From Bacteriovoracaceae bacterium (GTDB lineage Bacteria > Bdellovibrionota > Bacteriovoracia > Bacteriovoracales > Bacteriovoracaceae), in assembly GCA_018649885.1 (NCBI GenBank), contig JABIHA010000138.1:1-64000 (forward strand): 64,000 nt of DNA, read 5' to 3'. The notes under the pieces were generated by a model. The model made no database searches and was not told where the DNA came from. It saw only the letters and a program-made list of their open reading frames with translations. How positions within the stretch are numbered: the stretch's first letter is position 1; the number at the start of each line of letters is the position of its first letter. Both the position numbers and the translations under genes were made by a program. This document shows positions 8,784 to 19,161 of the stretch, one piece after another.

Positions 8784-9006
8784 AAAATTGTTCCCTTTGA
8801 GTAGTAAGGAAATATCTAACATATAGACGCAATTTTTCAATGCTGGCCTGTAAAGAAGTCACTCAATTGTTACTGGGAGGTGAGTTTACTTGGAGTTACA
8901 AACTTTTGGAATAGGACTTCTCGCTGCTTCTCAGCATCTGGCCTTTGACGAGGGCCGACTGGGAAAGGCATAATGCTTTATTAAAAAAATCGATAAAGGA
9001 TTATCT

Positions 9007-10668
9007 ATGAAAGCCCTACTTCTACTGTGCTTTTTTATTGGCACTGTTCACTCCTCAGATAAAGATGATTACCAAGAGGCCGTAAAATTATTAAACGGCG
9101 AACTTAAACAAGCAATGAAAGGAAGGCATAGCTGTCCAGGTCTTAGCTTAGTAGTCAGTTGCGGGAATCAAAAGTGTGAGGCCTCCAAGGGAGAAGACGT
9201 AAATAGTTGTCCCGCCGATTGCCTTTATTCACCGGTTAAATCCTATAATAAACAAACAATTTGTGAAAATACTCTGGGGCTCCATAGACCCTACTCTACT
9301 TTGGAAGTTTCACAAATCGTCAAAAATGCTTATGCCAAGGGCGAGAAAATAAAGGTAGTGGGTACATTGCACTCGGCAACGGGGATTATTTGCTCTGAAG
9401 GTCATATTATTAGCACTGAAAATCTTAATCACGTTTTGGGATTGGAAAATGTTGGTGCCAAGGAATATGTAAATGTCGAACCAGGAGTTACTGTTTTTGC
9501 ACTTTCTGAGTGGCTTCACAAAAGAGGAAAAGCATTAGCAGGTATTCCTCATATGGGATTTAGGGACTTAACTGTGGCCGGCGCCATCGCTACTGGTTCT
9601 CATGGAAGCTCACCCAAGCATACAGGAGTTATCTCCAATATTGTTGATGGGGTTGAATTTGTGGATGGTCTTGGAAATATTAGAACTGTTACAGAGAAAG
9701 ACCCTGAGATAAAGGCCCTACGTGTAAGCTTAGGCATGCTGGGAATAACCACTAAATTAAAACTGCGAATTCAAGATCAATTTAATCTAGAGGTCAAAGT
9801 TAGCTTTCATCATGAAGATCTACTACTGGGATCAAAGAATATCCATGACGTAGTTGCAGACTGTGATTACGGGCAACTCAACTGGTTTCCTGGTACTAAA
9901 AAATTCATGAAAACTTGTGGGAAGAAAACCAAAAAATCTGTCCATAAGAAGGCCAATAATGAACTACTTAATCCCTCAATACCTGATGTCATAGTGGACC
10001 CATTTAAAGTCGCTCTTCAGTACGGGGCTTGTCATAATTCAGTCATGTGCTCTATTGAAGCTGTTAGATATCTTCAGTTTGTCTTTCAACCACCTCTTAC
10101 AAAAAAAGGGATCTTTGGTATCAAGATGAATTCAAAGAAAGTTAGAGGGCCTTCACATAGAATGGTGAGCTCTCACCTAACTCCCAATCAAGAAGGCTTT
10201 TTCCAAATGGATTGGGAAATTGCTCTACCTCAAAGTACATCAATGGATGCATTAAAATTTGTAAAATCACACATAGAGAAAAACAAAATATGTCTGCCGC
10301 TAGTTGGAGTTTTTATTCGATTTGCAAAAATCGAAGACAAGACCCTTTTGGCCCACTCGAATGCAGATGGCGTGAAGTGGAAAGTTGGAGATATTGTGAC
10401 TTTTCTTGAAATGCCAGTCTATCTTCCAGTTGGTTTTAATGCTGCCGAGAAAAAATCTTATGATCTTCCCTTTGAAAGCTTTGCAAGCACTCTTGTTAGT
10501 AAATATTCGGGAAGGGCCCACTGGGGAAAAAATAGGATGTGGATTTTTGAAGATCAAAAAAAGCTTGGAACTTATATGAATAGAGTTACAGAATTTCAAA
10601 AGCAGGCAAAAATTTATGATCCTAAGGGTCTATTTAAAAATAGTTTCTCTGCTAAGGCTGGACTCTAA
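9007..10668 (+). CDS. Secreted FAD-linked oxidoreductase (L-gulonolactone/arabinonolactone oxidase-like)
   Basis: VVGTLHS flavin His, TVAGAIATGSHGS, VSLGMLG, GRAHWGK, DPKGLF. Confidence 0.85.
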   Translation: MKALLLLCFFIGTVHSSDKDDYQEAVKLLNGELKQAMKGRHSCPGLSLVVSCGNQKCEASKGEDVNSCPADCLYSPVKSYNKQTICENTLGLHRPYSTLEVSQIVKNAYAKGEKIKVVGTLHSATGIICSEGHIISTENLNHVLGLENVGAKEYVNVEPGVTVFALSEWLHKRGKALAGIPHMGFRDLTVAGAIATGSHGSSPKHTGVISNIVDGVEFVDGLGNIRTVTEKDPEIKALRVSLGMLGITTKLKLRIQDQFNLEVKVSFHHEDLLLGSKNIHDVVADCDYGQLNWFPGTKKFMKTCGKKTKKSVHKKANNELLNPSIPDVIVDPFKVALQYGACHNSVMCSIEAVRYLQFVFQPPLTKKGIFGIKMNSKKVRGPSHRMVSSHLTPNQEGFFQMDWEIALPQSTSMDALKFVKSHIEKNKICLPLVGVFIRFAKIEDKTLLAHSNADGVKWKVGDIVTFLEMPVYLPVGFNAAEKKSYDLPFESFASTLVSKYSGRAHWGKNRMWIFEDQKKLGTYMNRVTEFQKQAKIYDPKGLFKNSFSAKAGL

Positions 10669-10691
10669 GTATTTGATTGGTGCGAAGTTAT

Positions 10692-11501
10692 TTACTTAGC
10701 ACCAACAATAAAGGCATTCCAGTTGACAGTATTTTCTTCGGTTTCACTTTGATGGAACTCGCCATTTCCGAATCCATCATCGCCGATTCCCTCCCAGAAA
10801 ACTACGCTCTTCGAAAATCCAACTTCTTCCATCAGCTCTCTTAGCTCTGGAATTGTCCACATTCGAAAATGATAGCTAAAAGCTTTTTCAATTGAGGGGC
10901 CATCTTCGTATTTAAAATTAATATGATAGTGAGATTTGCGTGATATGGGGTTAAAGCTTTCCCTTACAAATTCAAAGTCAAAGTTTTGAATTTGGTCATT
11001 ATTATGAATTTGACGAACTTGCGTTTCAAGAATCTCAGAATCACTACCACCAAATAAATCTAGGATCAAAATTCCATCCTTATCAAGTGAATCCAGGCAG
11101 TGTTTAAAATACTGTTTTAGCACAGATCTTTGGTGGAATAGGCAGTAGGAATAGTTAAAGGCGACAATGATATCAACTTTTTCAGTAGTTGATATTGAGT
11201 CTTGTTGTAAAACATTTAGCCTTTTCTTTTCGTCATCACTTAAATGGGTGTAGTAATTTTCTTTCCCGTAGGAAAGGGCATTTTCATCTATATCAATTGC
11301 AATGGCAGAATTATTCTTTTCATCTTGAACCCAGCAGCAGCATAATGCAAAAGTACCGCTAAAATCTTCTCTTAATTTTTCAGGATTTTTTTCAGTAAGC
11401 TCAGTGTAAATATTTGAGATTCTTTCAACATCGCTAAGTGGATCTTGAACAGAGCACAGGTAGAGGGCATATTTATCTTGTGTAATAATTCGCTTTGACA
11501 T
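10692..11501 (-). CDS. Class I SAM-dependent methyltransferase
   Basis: LREDFSGT, AIDID, AFNYSY, GILILDLFGG, WTIPELRELMEEVGF. Confidence 0.75.
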   Translation of the reverse strand: MSKRIITQDKYALYLCSVQDPLSDVERISNIYTELTEKNPEKLREDFSGTFALCCCWVQDEKNNSAIAIDIDENALSYGKENYYTHLSDDEKKRLNVLQQDSISTTEKVDIIVAFNYSYCLFHQRSVLKQYFKHCLDSLDKDGILILDLFGGSDSEILETQVRQIHNNDQIQNFDFEFVRESFNPISRKSHYHINFKYEDGPSIEKAFSYHFRMWTIPELRELMEEVGFSKSVVFWEGIGDDGFGNGEFHQSETEENTVNWNAFIVGAK

Positions 11502-11504
11502 GAT

Positions 11505-11915
11505 TTATTTTTGGCGGCTTTCTAGGAATTCTAAAAGCTTTGGAAGTTGACCTTTTTTTCTTTTGGTCCTTCTTTCACTCATCATTTTAACAAGCTTATC
11601 TTCTTTATCATCTTTTTTCTTTTGCTTATCTTTCTTGTCCCCAGTGGCATTAATTTTAAAATCGATAGACTCAATGGCCTCGCTTACTTTAAGAGTTCTG
11701 CCATCCACTTCCATACCATTGAGTGCTGCTATCGCCTTATCAGCGTCTTTTCCATTGGGCATGTGAACAAAGGCCAAGCCTTTTTTTAATTTAGTTTTTG
11801 GATCGAGAGGAATTTTAATTTCTTGGATGTAACCATATTTTGAAAATAAAAACATAATCCCTTTCTCATCTCTACGATAATTAAGGTTTCCAACGTATAT
11901 AGTTTTTCCGCTCAT
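11505..11915 (-). CDS. RRM RNA-binding protein
   Basis: RNP2 IYVGNL, RNP1 KGLAFVHM, LNGMEVDGRTLKVSEA. Confidence 0.9.
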   Translation of the reverse strand: MSGKTIYVGNLNYRRDEKGIMFLFSKYGYIQEIKIPLDPKTKLKKGLAFVHMPNGKDADKAIAALNGMEVDGRTLKVSEAIESIDFKINATGDKKDKQKKKDDKEDKLVKMMSERRTKRKKGQLPKLLEFLESRQK

Positions 11916-12099
11916 TTTTTATCCATTTCTGCATTGTAGTACAATTTTTTTCAAACCTAGCACTATGCATACTCGATGACTATGACTAGGTGTTTCAATA
12001 ACCAAAGCCTCTATAAATAATACATGTGCCAGTTGCTGTCATTTACACTCAGAGGCCACTTTCGATATGGATCCCTTTTAATATTAATGGGAGAAGAAA

Positions 12100-12741
12100 A
12101 TGAAATTAATCACAATTTTGATGACCTTGTGCATTACTAATGCCATGGCACTCGATCTTACAGGTCTTGTGGGAGAGAGTAGCTCACCCAATCCAGTAAA
12201 GGCCAAAAAGCTTTTAAAAGAATTTAAAACACCTCACCTTTTATCGAAACTCTCAGCAGTGGAAAAAGCAAAACTTGCTGAAATTGAAAAGAGCCTTTCA
12301 AAAATAAATGAAAAACCCAGCTTAGAAATTCGAAAGCTTGGAGCGGCTGATAAAAAATATTTTGATAACCTTGAGAAGATTAAAAAATCTATTGAAGATG
12401 CAAATGATGTTTATGAGGATATCTCCTATACATTGGAAGATGGTGAAGAAGTTCTCTCTTACTGCAACTTTGCTGATGATGATTCTGATTTGACTCCTGA
12501 GCAGTATGAGTTAGAGGTTCTCGAATATGATTATTCTTACTGGGCCAATAGAGTTGAAAAAGATGGTGCTCTTGTGGCCTATATGTCGTTTTTGTTAGTT
12601 CCGGTTGTGGGCTGGCATCGTGAAGCTGGTGAGAGAGTGACTTGTCAATTTCCTCGCTCTGTTTATGCAATTGATACAGATTTGAACTACGTAGAAGATG
12701 CTAAATTTCCGAGATACGCTGAAGAGTTAATGGTTAAATAG
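12100..12741 (+). CDS. Secreted hypothetical protein
   Basis: Signal peptide, GGAG RBS, terminator downstream. Confidence 0.75.
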   Translation: MKLITILMTLCITNAMALDLTGLVGESSSPNPVKAKKLLKEFKTPHLLSKLSAVEKAKLAEIEKSLSKINEKPSLEIRKLGAADKKYFDNLEKIKKSIEDANDVYEDISYTLEDGEEVLSYCNFADDDSDLTPEQYELEVLEYDYSYWANRVEKDGALVAYMSFLLVPVVGWHREAGERVTCQFPRSVYAIDTDLNYVEDAKFPRYAEELMVK

Positions 12742-12754
12742 TAAGACTAGTATT

Positions 12755-12780
12755 GTGGGAGAGATTTCACTCTCTCCCAC
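12755..12780. terminator. Bidirectional terminator hairpin
   Basis: gtgggagag-atttcact-ctctcccac between convergent genes. Confidence 0.7.
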
Positions 12781-12798
12781 TCCTAATGGTTTTGAAAT

Positions 12799-13704
12799 TT
12801 ATTTGCCGCCACATTTTTTACGTCTGCAACCGAATCGAACTTCAAGTCCAACACCTGCATAGGGGACAAAGTCTCTAGCGAAAATCTCATCACTTGCATG
12901 AGAGTAGTCTACATTTAAGTAGTTTGCCTGAAATCCAACTTGGCCATAAGCGTAGAGGCCATCGGCAAGAATTCTATAGTTGGCCCTAACCAGACCTTCA
13001 GCGAGAATTCCTTCCATAAGAGTGCTTTCAATGCCATCTCCAAGTCCTCTTGGAGTAAGGTAAATAGTTGTTTCCACCATTGCTTCAAGTGTAAGTCTTG
13101 GGGTTGCATGGTAAACCGCTGTGATATTAGCACGAACAAGGGGAAGCCAATAAAGTGTTCGATCACCCATGGGTGTAGCAGGATTATTCGATTTCATAAT
13201 TTCAAATAGTGTATTTCCCAGAGTAATCTTAACGGCTGCTCTTTGGTTTTTGGTTTGATAATCGAGCAGGTTAATAGCATATGTTCCAATAGAAATTAGG
13301 GTTCCAAGGTCACGGTCTTTATCGATCTTTATGCTAAATAGATCAAGCCGGGCCTTATCGTCAATATTCACGCTTGCCACCTCGACTTCAATGTAGCGTA
13401 TGTCTTCGTTTGATACCCCTCTTCTGAGTGTTGCTGAAAGAAAATTGATGTCAGTTGAAATCGTTGACTCTTCTGTGGAATTTCCCTCTTGATCAGTTTT
13501 TTTGATTTTTAAGGAAAGGCCTATATCAATTGAAATTCCCAGTTGTGCTTCAACATCACCATCATCAAAATTCATCACGAGCACTTCTTTAGAGGCCTGA
13601 ACCAATAGCTCAGATTCTTCGACTTTGGTAGAGTTTGCAAGTGGTGAAACTACTGTGGCGATAATAAGTGTGGATAATAAGAAAAAGTGTCTGATAGACC
13701 TCAT
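12799..13704 (-). CDS. Hypothetical protein, probable outer-membrane beta-barrel
   Basis: Signal peptide; alternating amphipathic strands (YAYGQVGFQ, YAGVGLEVRF). Confidence 0.6.
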   Translation of the reverse strand: MRSIRHFFLLSTLIIATVVSPLANSTKVEESELLVQASKEVLVMNFDDGDVEAQLGISIDIGLSLKIKKTDQEGNSTEESTISTDINFLSATLRRGVSNEDIRYIEVEVASVNIDDKARLDLFSIKIDKDRDLGTLISIGTYAINLLDYQTKNQRAAVKITLGNTLFEIMKSNNPATPMGDRTLYWLPLVRANITAVYHATPRLTLEAMVETTIYLTPRGLGDGIESTLMEGILAEGLVRANYRILADGLYAYGQVGFQANYLNVDYSHASDEIFARDFVPYAGVGLEVRFGCRRKKCGGK

Positions 13705-13857
13705 GATTTAACTCCAGAAAATGTATAATTATGTGCGGGTGTAAAATAGCATGGAGCATTATCTGGTTGTATTGAATTTACGATTATCTGTAAAAAATAC
13801 AGAGTTTTATTAATTGAAAGTTAAGGAAGTTCTACGACCTGCTACTTTAGGATGATC

Positions 13858-14424
13858 TCAATCACCTAATACAGACCTTGGTGAGCTACTGCCAAAGCCA
13901 GAAAGTGATTCTGTTGTTGGAGGGGCATCGTTAAAATTGGCCTCAAAATGTGGATTTTCGTCAAAGGCTTTTTTGACAGCAGCTTTAACTATGGAGCCAG
14001 TAGTGTTTTTACAGGCCTTTATAATAGCATGTCCTGTGGCCCTCGCGGCCTCTCTTTCTTCAGAGCCATTAGGGCTTGCATTAAAAATAGCGAGCTGCTG
14101 CTCAAGTTCTTCTTTTATTCTATCGTAAACGATTTGATCAAAAGTGACTTTGGGATTCTCATTAAAGTTACACATTTTTCCTGCCATCTCTCGCTCACCA
14201 TACAAGGGGCCATAGGTTTTTATTGGCTGTCCATTTTTGGCCACCACAACTTCATGCTTACCACCTGGAGCTCGAAATAAATGGTTGGCATCATTTAAGT
14301 AGCTATAGCAGACTTTGTTTATTTCAGTTGGAGTGGGAAAATTGCTACCTGTCGTTCTTGCAGTGGCAAAAATATTTGATAAAGAGAAGGAAAGCACCAA
14401 AAATAATAAAGTAGCTCTAAACAT
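13858..14424 (-). CDS. Secreted hypothetical protein
   Basis: Signal peptide, 188-aa ORF. Confidence 0.7.
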   Translation of the reverse strand: MFRATLLFLVLSFSLSNIFATARTTGSNFPTPTEINKVCYSYLNDANHLFRAPGGKHEVVVAKNGQPIKTYGPLYGEREMAGKMCNFNENPKVTFDQIVYDRIKEELEQQLAIFNASPNGSEEREAARATGHAIIKACKNTTGSIVKAAVKKAFDENPHFEANFNDAPPTTESLSGFGSSSPRSVLGD

Positions 14425-14457
14425 TTTTTATTTTCCCGTAGTATAGACCTTTATAGT

Positions 14458-14484
14458 GTTTCGGCTATTTAGAGTTTTTTCTAA
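14458..14484 (-). promoter_or_regulatory. Possible sigma-28 (FliA) promoter
   Basis: Minus strand TTAG-N15-GCCGAAAC versus consensus TAAA-N15-GCCGATAA, ~35 bp upstream of 14424. Confidence 0.4.
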
Positions 14485-14623
14485 ATATGTTGATGGTCAT
14501 GGATGTACATAAATTATGAGAAGTATTGATCCATTGAAAAGTCTATTCATCTGTCTATTCTTTAGAAAAAAAACCAAGTGATCAATTTTTGGGACCTAAC
14601 TACTTAAAATTGACAGTGAAGTG

Positions 14624-14638
14624 TGGCACTGAGGTTGC
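14624..14638 (+). promoter_or_regulatory. Sigma-54 promoter
   Basis: TGGCAC-TGAGG-TTGC, exact -24/-12 consensus 44 bp before ATG 14682. Confidence 0.75.
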
Positions 14639-14681
14639 CCTTATAGAGAGCATAAAACTGTACGTCGCTGAGGAGGAGAAC

Positions 14682-14954
14682 ATGAGAAGTATGCTAATTT
14701 TATTGAGTGCAATCTATTCAACACATTCATTTGCCACAGGTGGACCGGGAGAAGCTGTAGTTCATAGGGTAGGCTCTGATCAATTATCAAATGACACTGT
14801 GGTTATTCATCGTGGTCCTAGCTCTGTTGAGAGAGTAAAAGTTGAAGAGAAATCCAAACGTTTCTTTGTCATCGTTATAAAGACAAAAAACCAAGTAGTC
14901 GTGTTGCAAAAAAAGAAAAAGATGTTGAAGAGCCCTATCAAATTCCAGCTTTAA
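14682..14954 (+). CDS. Small secreted hypothetical protein
   Basis: GAGGAGG RBS, ATG 14682 (MRSML), signal peptide ending SFA. Confidence 0.7.
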   Translation: MRSMLILLSAIYSTHSFATGGPGEAVVHRVGSDQLSNDTVVIHRGPSSVERVKVEEKSKRFFVIVIKTKNQVVVLQKKKKMLKSPIKFQL

Positions 14955-15015
14955 CAAAGGTGAGAACTGGAGGAAGTCTTGAGTCGGGACAACGTCAAGG
15001 CCATGGAGAAACAGT

Positions 15016-15285
15016 GTGGTCTATTTATTAAGAGAGACTACTGATAGTATTGTTCCTATTTTTAGCTGTAGGGATATTATTGTTGATATTGGCTCTCCAT
15101 TTGATGGCCATGATGCTCACACAAGATCGAAGTGTCTTGAAGGCCTTAGTCATTTTGAGCAAAGCTCTAGACCACTTGCTGACTCAACTCACGACCTAGG
15201 AAGATGGGTTCAAGAAAATGGTGGGAAATTAATAGAAGTTTTTGAAAATACGGCAGAAGATGTGAGTGCATTTTTCGGCCTGTAA
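15016..15285 (+). CDS. Hypothetical protein
   Basis: 89-aa ORF, GGAG upstream, no recognisable motif. Confidence 0.4.
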   Translation: MVYLLRETTDSIVPIFSCRDIIVDIGSPFDGHDAHTRSKCLEGLSHFEQSSRPLADSTHDLGRWVQENGGKLIEVFENTAEDVSAFFGL

Positions 15286-15462
15286 TCTAATCCCCCGGGG
15301 TGCGTCGGCTGAGGCCAATGTATCCCCACTATCTTTCTAAATAGTTGACGATACACAAGTCTATGCAAACAATAACTTACATTCAATCCAGAATTTGGGA
15401 ATTCACCTATGTGCTTATTGACCCAGATGTCAGAAAGTGATTTCTAAATCATTACCCCTAAT

Positions 15463-16470
15463 GTGGTAACGAGAAAAAAGGTAATCAAAGTGCTAAACGG
15501 CCCAATGGTTGAAGTCAAAGATTTAAAAGTGAGCTTTTTTACAAAGCTTGGCGAAGTTAAGGCCGTTGACGGAATTTCCTACCAGGTGGCCCGTGGCAAG
15601 GTTATGGGGATCGTTGGTGAAAGTGGTTGCGGAAAATCTGTCAGCTCCTTTTCTTTGATGGGACTTTTAAGCCAGCCGGGAAAGATTGTGGGAGGAGAAA
15701 TCCTTTTGGATGGAGTCAATCTTACAAATTTGGGAAATAGCGAATACGAGGGTGTGAGAGGCAATAAAATGGCGATGATTTTTCAGGAGCCAATGACTGC
15801 ACTCAATCCAGTATTAAGAATAGGTTATCAAATTAGTGAGCAGATTATAAAGCATATGGGATTTTCAAAGATCCAGGCAAAGAATAGGGCCTTCGAGCTT
15901 TTAGAATTAGTGGGTATCCCCTCTCCCCAAAAAAGATTCCATGAATATCCTCATCAATTATCAGGTGGAATGAAGCAAAGGGCGATGATCGCTATGGCAC
16001 TTAGTTGTGAGCCGGAGTTTTTGATTGCCGATGAGCCTACCACTGCACTTGATGTCACTATTCAAGCTCAAATATTAGAGCTGATTCAATCACTTCAAAA
16101 AAAATTAAATATGACAGTTCAATTTATTACTCATGATCTGGGAGTGATTTCTGAAATTGCAGATGATGTCATGGTGATGTACGCGGGAAGGATTGTAGAG
16201 TCTGGCAGTTGTCATGAAATTTTTCAAAATCCAAGACATCCCTACACTATTGGCCTCATCAACTCATTGCCCAAATTGGGGACTAGAGTTGATGAGCTTT
16301 ATACCATTCCTGGAAGTGTCCCAGGTCCTCTCGAATTGGGGCAGGGCTGTGCCTATTATAACCGTTGCTCTAAAGCTTCTGAAAAGTGTCTTATGGAGCG
16401 ACCTCAGCTGACAGGTGATAAAAGTAAGGTCGCCTGTTTTTTCCCTGAAGATCACGGGGGTATAAATTGA
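15463..16470 (+). CDS. oppD: Oligopeptide ABC transporter ATPase
   Basis: GESGCGKS, YPHQLSGG, DEPTTALD, PRHPYT, C-terminal Cys motif. Confidence 0.93.
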   Translation: MVTRKKVIKVLNGPMVEVKDLKVSFFTKLGEVKAVDGISYQVARGKVMGIVGESGCGKSVSSFSLMGLLSQPGKIVGGEILLDGVNLTNLGNSEYEGVRGNKMAMIFQEPMTALNPVLRIGYQISEQIIKHMGFSKIQAKNRAFELLELVGIPSPQKRFHEYPHQLSGGMKQRAMIAMALSCEPEFLIADEPTTALDVTIQAQILELIQSLQKKLNMTVQFITHDLGVISEIADDVMVMYAGRIVESGSCHEIFQNPRHPYTIGLINSLPKLGTRVDELYTIPGSVPGPLELGQGCAYYNRCSKASEKCLMERPQLTGDKSKVACFFPEDHGGIN

Positions 16471-17447
16471 TTTTAGAAGTTGAAGATCTAAAAAAATACT
16501 ATCCTATTAAGTCAGGACTATTACTCCGGCACACAGGAGATGTAAAGGCCCTGGACGGGGTTAGCTTTACTCTTGAGCGCGGTAAAACACTAGGAATTGT
16601 AGGAGAAAGTGGTTGTGGTAAATCAACCCTTGGAAAAGCAATTATTCGTCTCTATGAGCCCACTTCAGGTATTGTCAAATTTGAAGGACAAGACTTTTTA
16701 AATCTTAAGGGTGTTGATCTTCGAAATTCTAGGCGAGATATTCAAATGATTTTTCAAGATCCATTTGCCTCACTGGATCCCAGGATGACTGTGGCCAATA
16801 TATTGAATGAACCACTCGAAATCCACCAAATCGGAACGCCTAGTGAGAGAAAAGAAAAAGTTGACCAACTGATGCGCATTGTAGGTCTTAAAAGAGAGCA
16901 TCTAAACCGCTATCCCCACGAATTTTCAGGTGGGCAAAGACAAAGAATAAGCATTGCAAGGTGCTTGGCACTTAACCCCAAGCTGATTGTAGCTGATGAG
17001 CCAGTTTCGGCGTTAGATGTTTCTATCCAAGCACAAGTTTTAAATTTATTAAAAAAGATTCAAAAAGATTTTAACATCTCTTTTGTCTTCATATCTCATG
17101 ACCTTTCTGTCGTAGAGCATATGTGTGATGAAGTGGCCGTGATGTATCTTGGAAAAATTGTCGAGAAGGCGCCACGTGATGAGCTTTTTAATAATCCAGC
17201 ACATCCTTATACTAAGGCCCTACTCAAGGCGATCCCAATAGCGGGCAGGGGAAAAAGAGAAAATAGGGAGCTACTTAGTGGGGATGTCCCCTCACCTATT
17301 GATCCCCCATCAGGCTGTGCCTTTCACCCCAGGTGTCCTAAGGGCCAACCCAGCTGTAGTATTGAAACACCCAAGCTAGAAAATTACCAAAATAACCCCC
17401 AACATCAGCTAAGCTGTCCACCTGTGCATTCGGAGAAAAGTATATGA
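16467..17447 (+). CDS. oppF: Oligopeptide ABC transporter ATPase
   Basis: GESGCGKST, RYPHEFSGGQRQR, DEPVSALD, PSGCAFHPRCP. Confidence 0.93.
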   Translation: MILEVEDLKKYYPIKSGLLLRHTGDVKALDGVSFTLERGKTLGIVGESGCGKSTLGKAIIRLYEPTSGIVKFEGQDFLNLKGVDLRNSRRDIQMIFQDPFASLDPRMTVANILNEPLEIHQIGTPSERKEKVDQLMRIVGLKREHLNRYPHEFSGGQRQRISIARCLALNPKLIVADEPVSALDVSIQAQVLNLLKKIQKDFNISFVFISHDLSVVEHMCDEVAVMYLGKIVEKAPRDELFNNPAHPYTKALLKAIPIAGRGKRENRELLSGDVPSPIDPPSGCAFHPRCPKGQPSCSIETPKLENYQNNPQHQLSCPPVHSEKSI

Positions 17448-19132
17448 AAAACTATCTTTTAATTTTGCTAATGATGTTTCCACTTTTATCGCATTCTGCA
17501 ATTAGTAGGAAACCAAGCAACAATGTCTTAAAAATTGGCATGACACAAGAATTTGAGAATATGAACCCAATCATCAAACAAATGATGGCCACTTCCTATA
17601 TTTATGAAATGGTGGGAAGGACACTTGTTGTCCTAGACGAGAAGGGTAAATGGATCCCTCAACTTGTAAAAAAATACCCAACCCTTGAAAATGGCCTGGC
17701 CAAAATGTACACCGAAAAAGGTGTCAAAAAAATCAAGGTCCAGTGGGAGATGAAGGATCTTGCCAGCTGGGGAGATGGAACCCCAGTGACAGGGTATGAT
17801 GTAGAATTTTCTCACAAGATTGCTCTTAGTAAAAATATCTCTGTAGGAGAAACTGAAGTTTACGCTCAGGTAGAGAAAATTATTGTTGATAAAAAAAATC
17901 CCAAAAAGTTTACTTTTATTTACGAGAAGGCCAAGTGGAGTTTTAATCAACTGGCCACATTTCAAATCGTGCCAAAGCATCTTGAATCTGCTGTTTTTGA
18001 TAAATTTGGAAAAGATAAAGAAGGTTATTCGAAAAACTCTATTTATTCAGTGAATCCAACTCACCCAGGTCTTTATAATGGTCCTTATAAAATACAAGAA
18101 ATAAAACTGGGAAGCCATGTTACACTTGTTCCCAACCCCACTTTTTACGGTAAGGCCCCTAAAATTCAAAAAATTATTCTCAAATTAATTCCCAACACGG
18201 GAACTCTTGAGGCCAACTTGAGGTCTGGAAATATTGATATGATCTCAATATTGGGACTTACTCTAGACCAGGCAATTTCACTTGATAAAAAACTTAAAAA
18301 AGAAAAATCTAGTCACCGCGTGAACTTTAAGCAAGGTCTCATTTATGAGCACATTGATCTTCAGCTATCGAATCCTATCTTGAAAGATATTAATGTGAGA
18401 AAAGCATTGGTTCACTCGATTAATAGGCAAAAATTAACTCAAGCTCTTTTTGAAGGAAAGCAAACTCCTGCTCTTCATAATGTGGCTCCCATCGATACAT
18501 GGTTTACCAAAGATCCTAAAAAAGTTGTTGTCTACAAATATTCCAGAAGGAAGGCCAAGAAACTTTTAGATAAGGCCGGCTGGAAAATGGGAAAAGATGG
18601 GTATCGTCATAAAGATGGTAAGAAGTTAGGTTTTCAACTTATGACAACATCAGGCAACAAACTCAGAGAGCTTGTTGAAGTCTACCTTCAAGAAGAATGG
18701 AAAAAAATTGGTGTGGAAATTAGCATTAAAAACGAGCCTCCCAGAGTTTACTTTGGTGAAACAGTCAAAAAATCAAAGTTTCCAGCAATGGCGATGTTTG
18801 CATGGATTTCTTCTCCAGAAAATACTCCTAGATCAACTTTTCACTCTAAAAGTATTCCCACTGATAAAAATGGCTACAGTGGACAAAATGCTCCTAGATG
18901 GAAAAACAAGAGCGTTGATAAACTAATTGATGAAATTGATGTGACATTTGATTCAGATAAGAGAAAAGAGCTTGTCCATAAAGTTCTTTATCACTATACA
19001 AATGAAGTTCCTGTTATCCCTCTTTACTATAGATCAGATATTTCTGTGACTCCCAAAAATTTGGTGGGCTACAAACTTACAGGACACCAATTTAGCTCAG
19101 GAAACCATGTTGAAGGCTGGGAGCTGAAGTAG
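17444..19132 (+). CDS. oppA: Peptide ABC transporter substrate-binding protein (family 5)
   Basis: Signal peptide, WGDGTPVTGYDV, NGPY, DINVRKAL..SINR, PVIPLY. Confidence 0.9.
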   Translation: MKNYLLILLMMFPLLSHSAISRKPSNNVLKIGMTQEFENMNPIIKQMMATSYIYEMVGRTLVVLDEKGKWIPQLVKKYPTLENGLAKMYTEKGVKKIKVQWEMKDLASWGDGTPVTGYDVEFSHKIALSKNISVGETEVYAQVEKIIVDKKNPKKFTFIYEKAKWSFNQLATFQIVPKHLESAVFDKFGKDKEGYSKNSIYSVNPTHPGLYNGPYKIQEIKLGSHVTLVPNPTFYGKAPKIQKIILKLIPNTGTLEANLRSGNIDMISILGLTLDQAISLDKKLKKEKSSHRVNFKQGLIYEHIDLQLSNPILKDINVRKALVHSINRQKLTQALFEGKQTPALHNVAPIDTWFTKDPKKVVVYKYSRRKAKKLLDKAGWKMGKDGYRHKDGKKLGFQLMTTSGNKLRELVEVYLQEEWKKIGVEISIKNEPPRVYFGETVKKSKFPAMAMFAWISSPENTPRSTFHSKSIPTDKNGYSGQNAPRWKNKSVDKLIDEIDVTFDSDKRKELVHKVLYHYTNEVPVIPLYYRSDISVTPKNLVGYKLTGHQFSSGNHVEGWELK

Positions 19133-19161
19133 AATTGGACCACCCAGTTTAGGAGAGATTT

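Noticed and set aside
13788..13802. LexA/SOS box ctgtaaaaaatacag
   Set aside because: Spacer is 7 nt rather than 8, and the E. coli-type box is not expected in this inferred lineage
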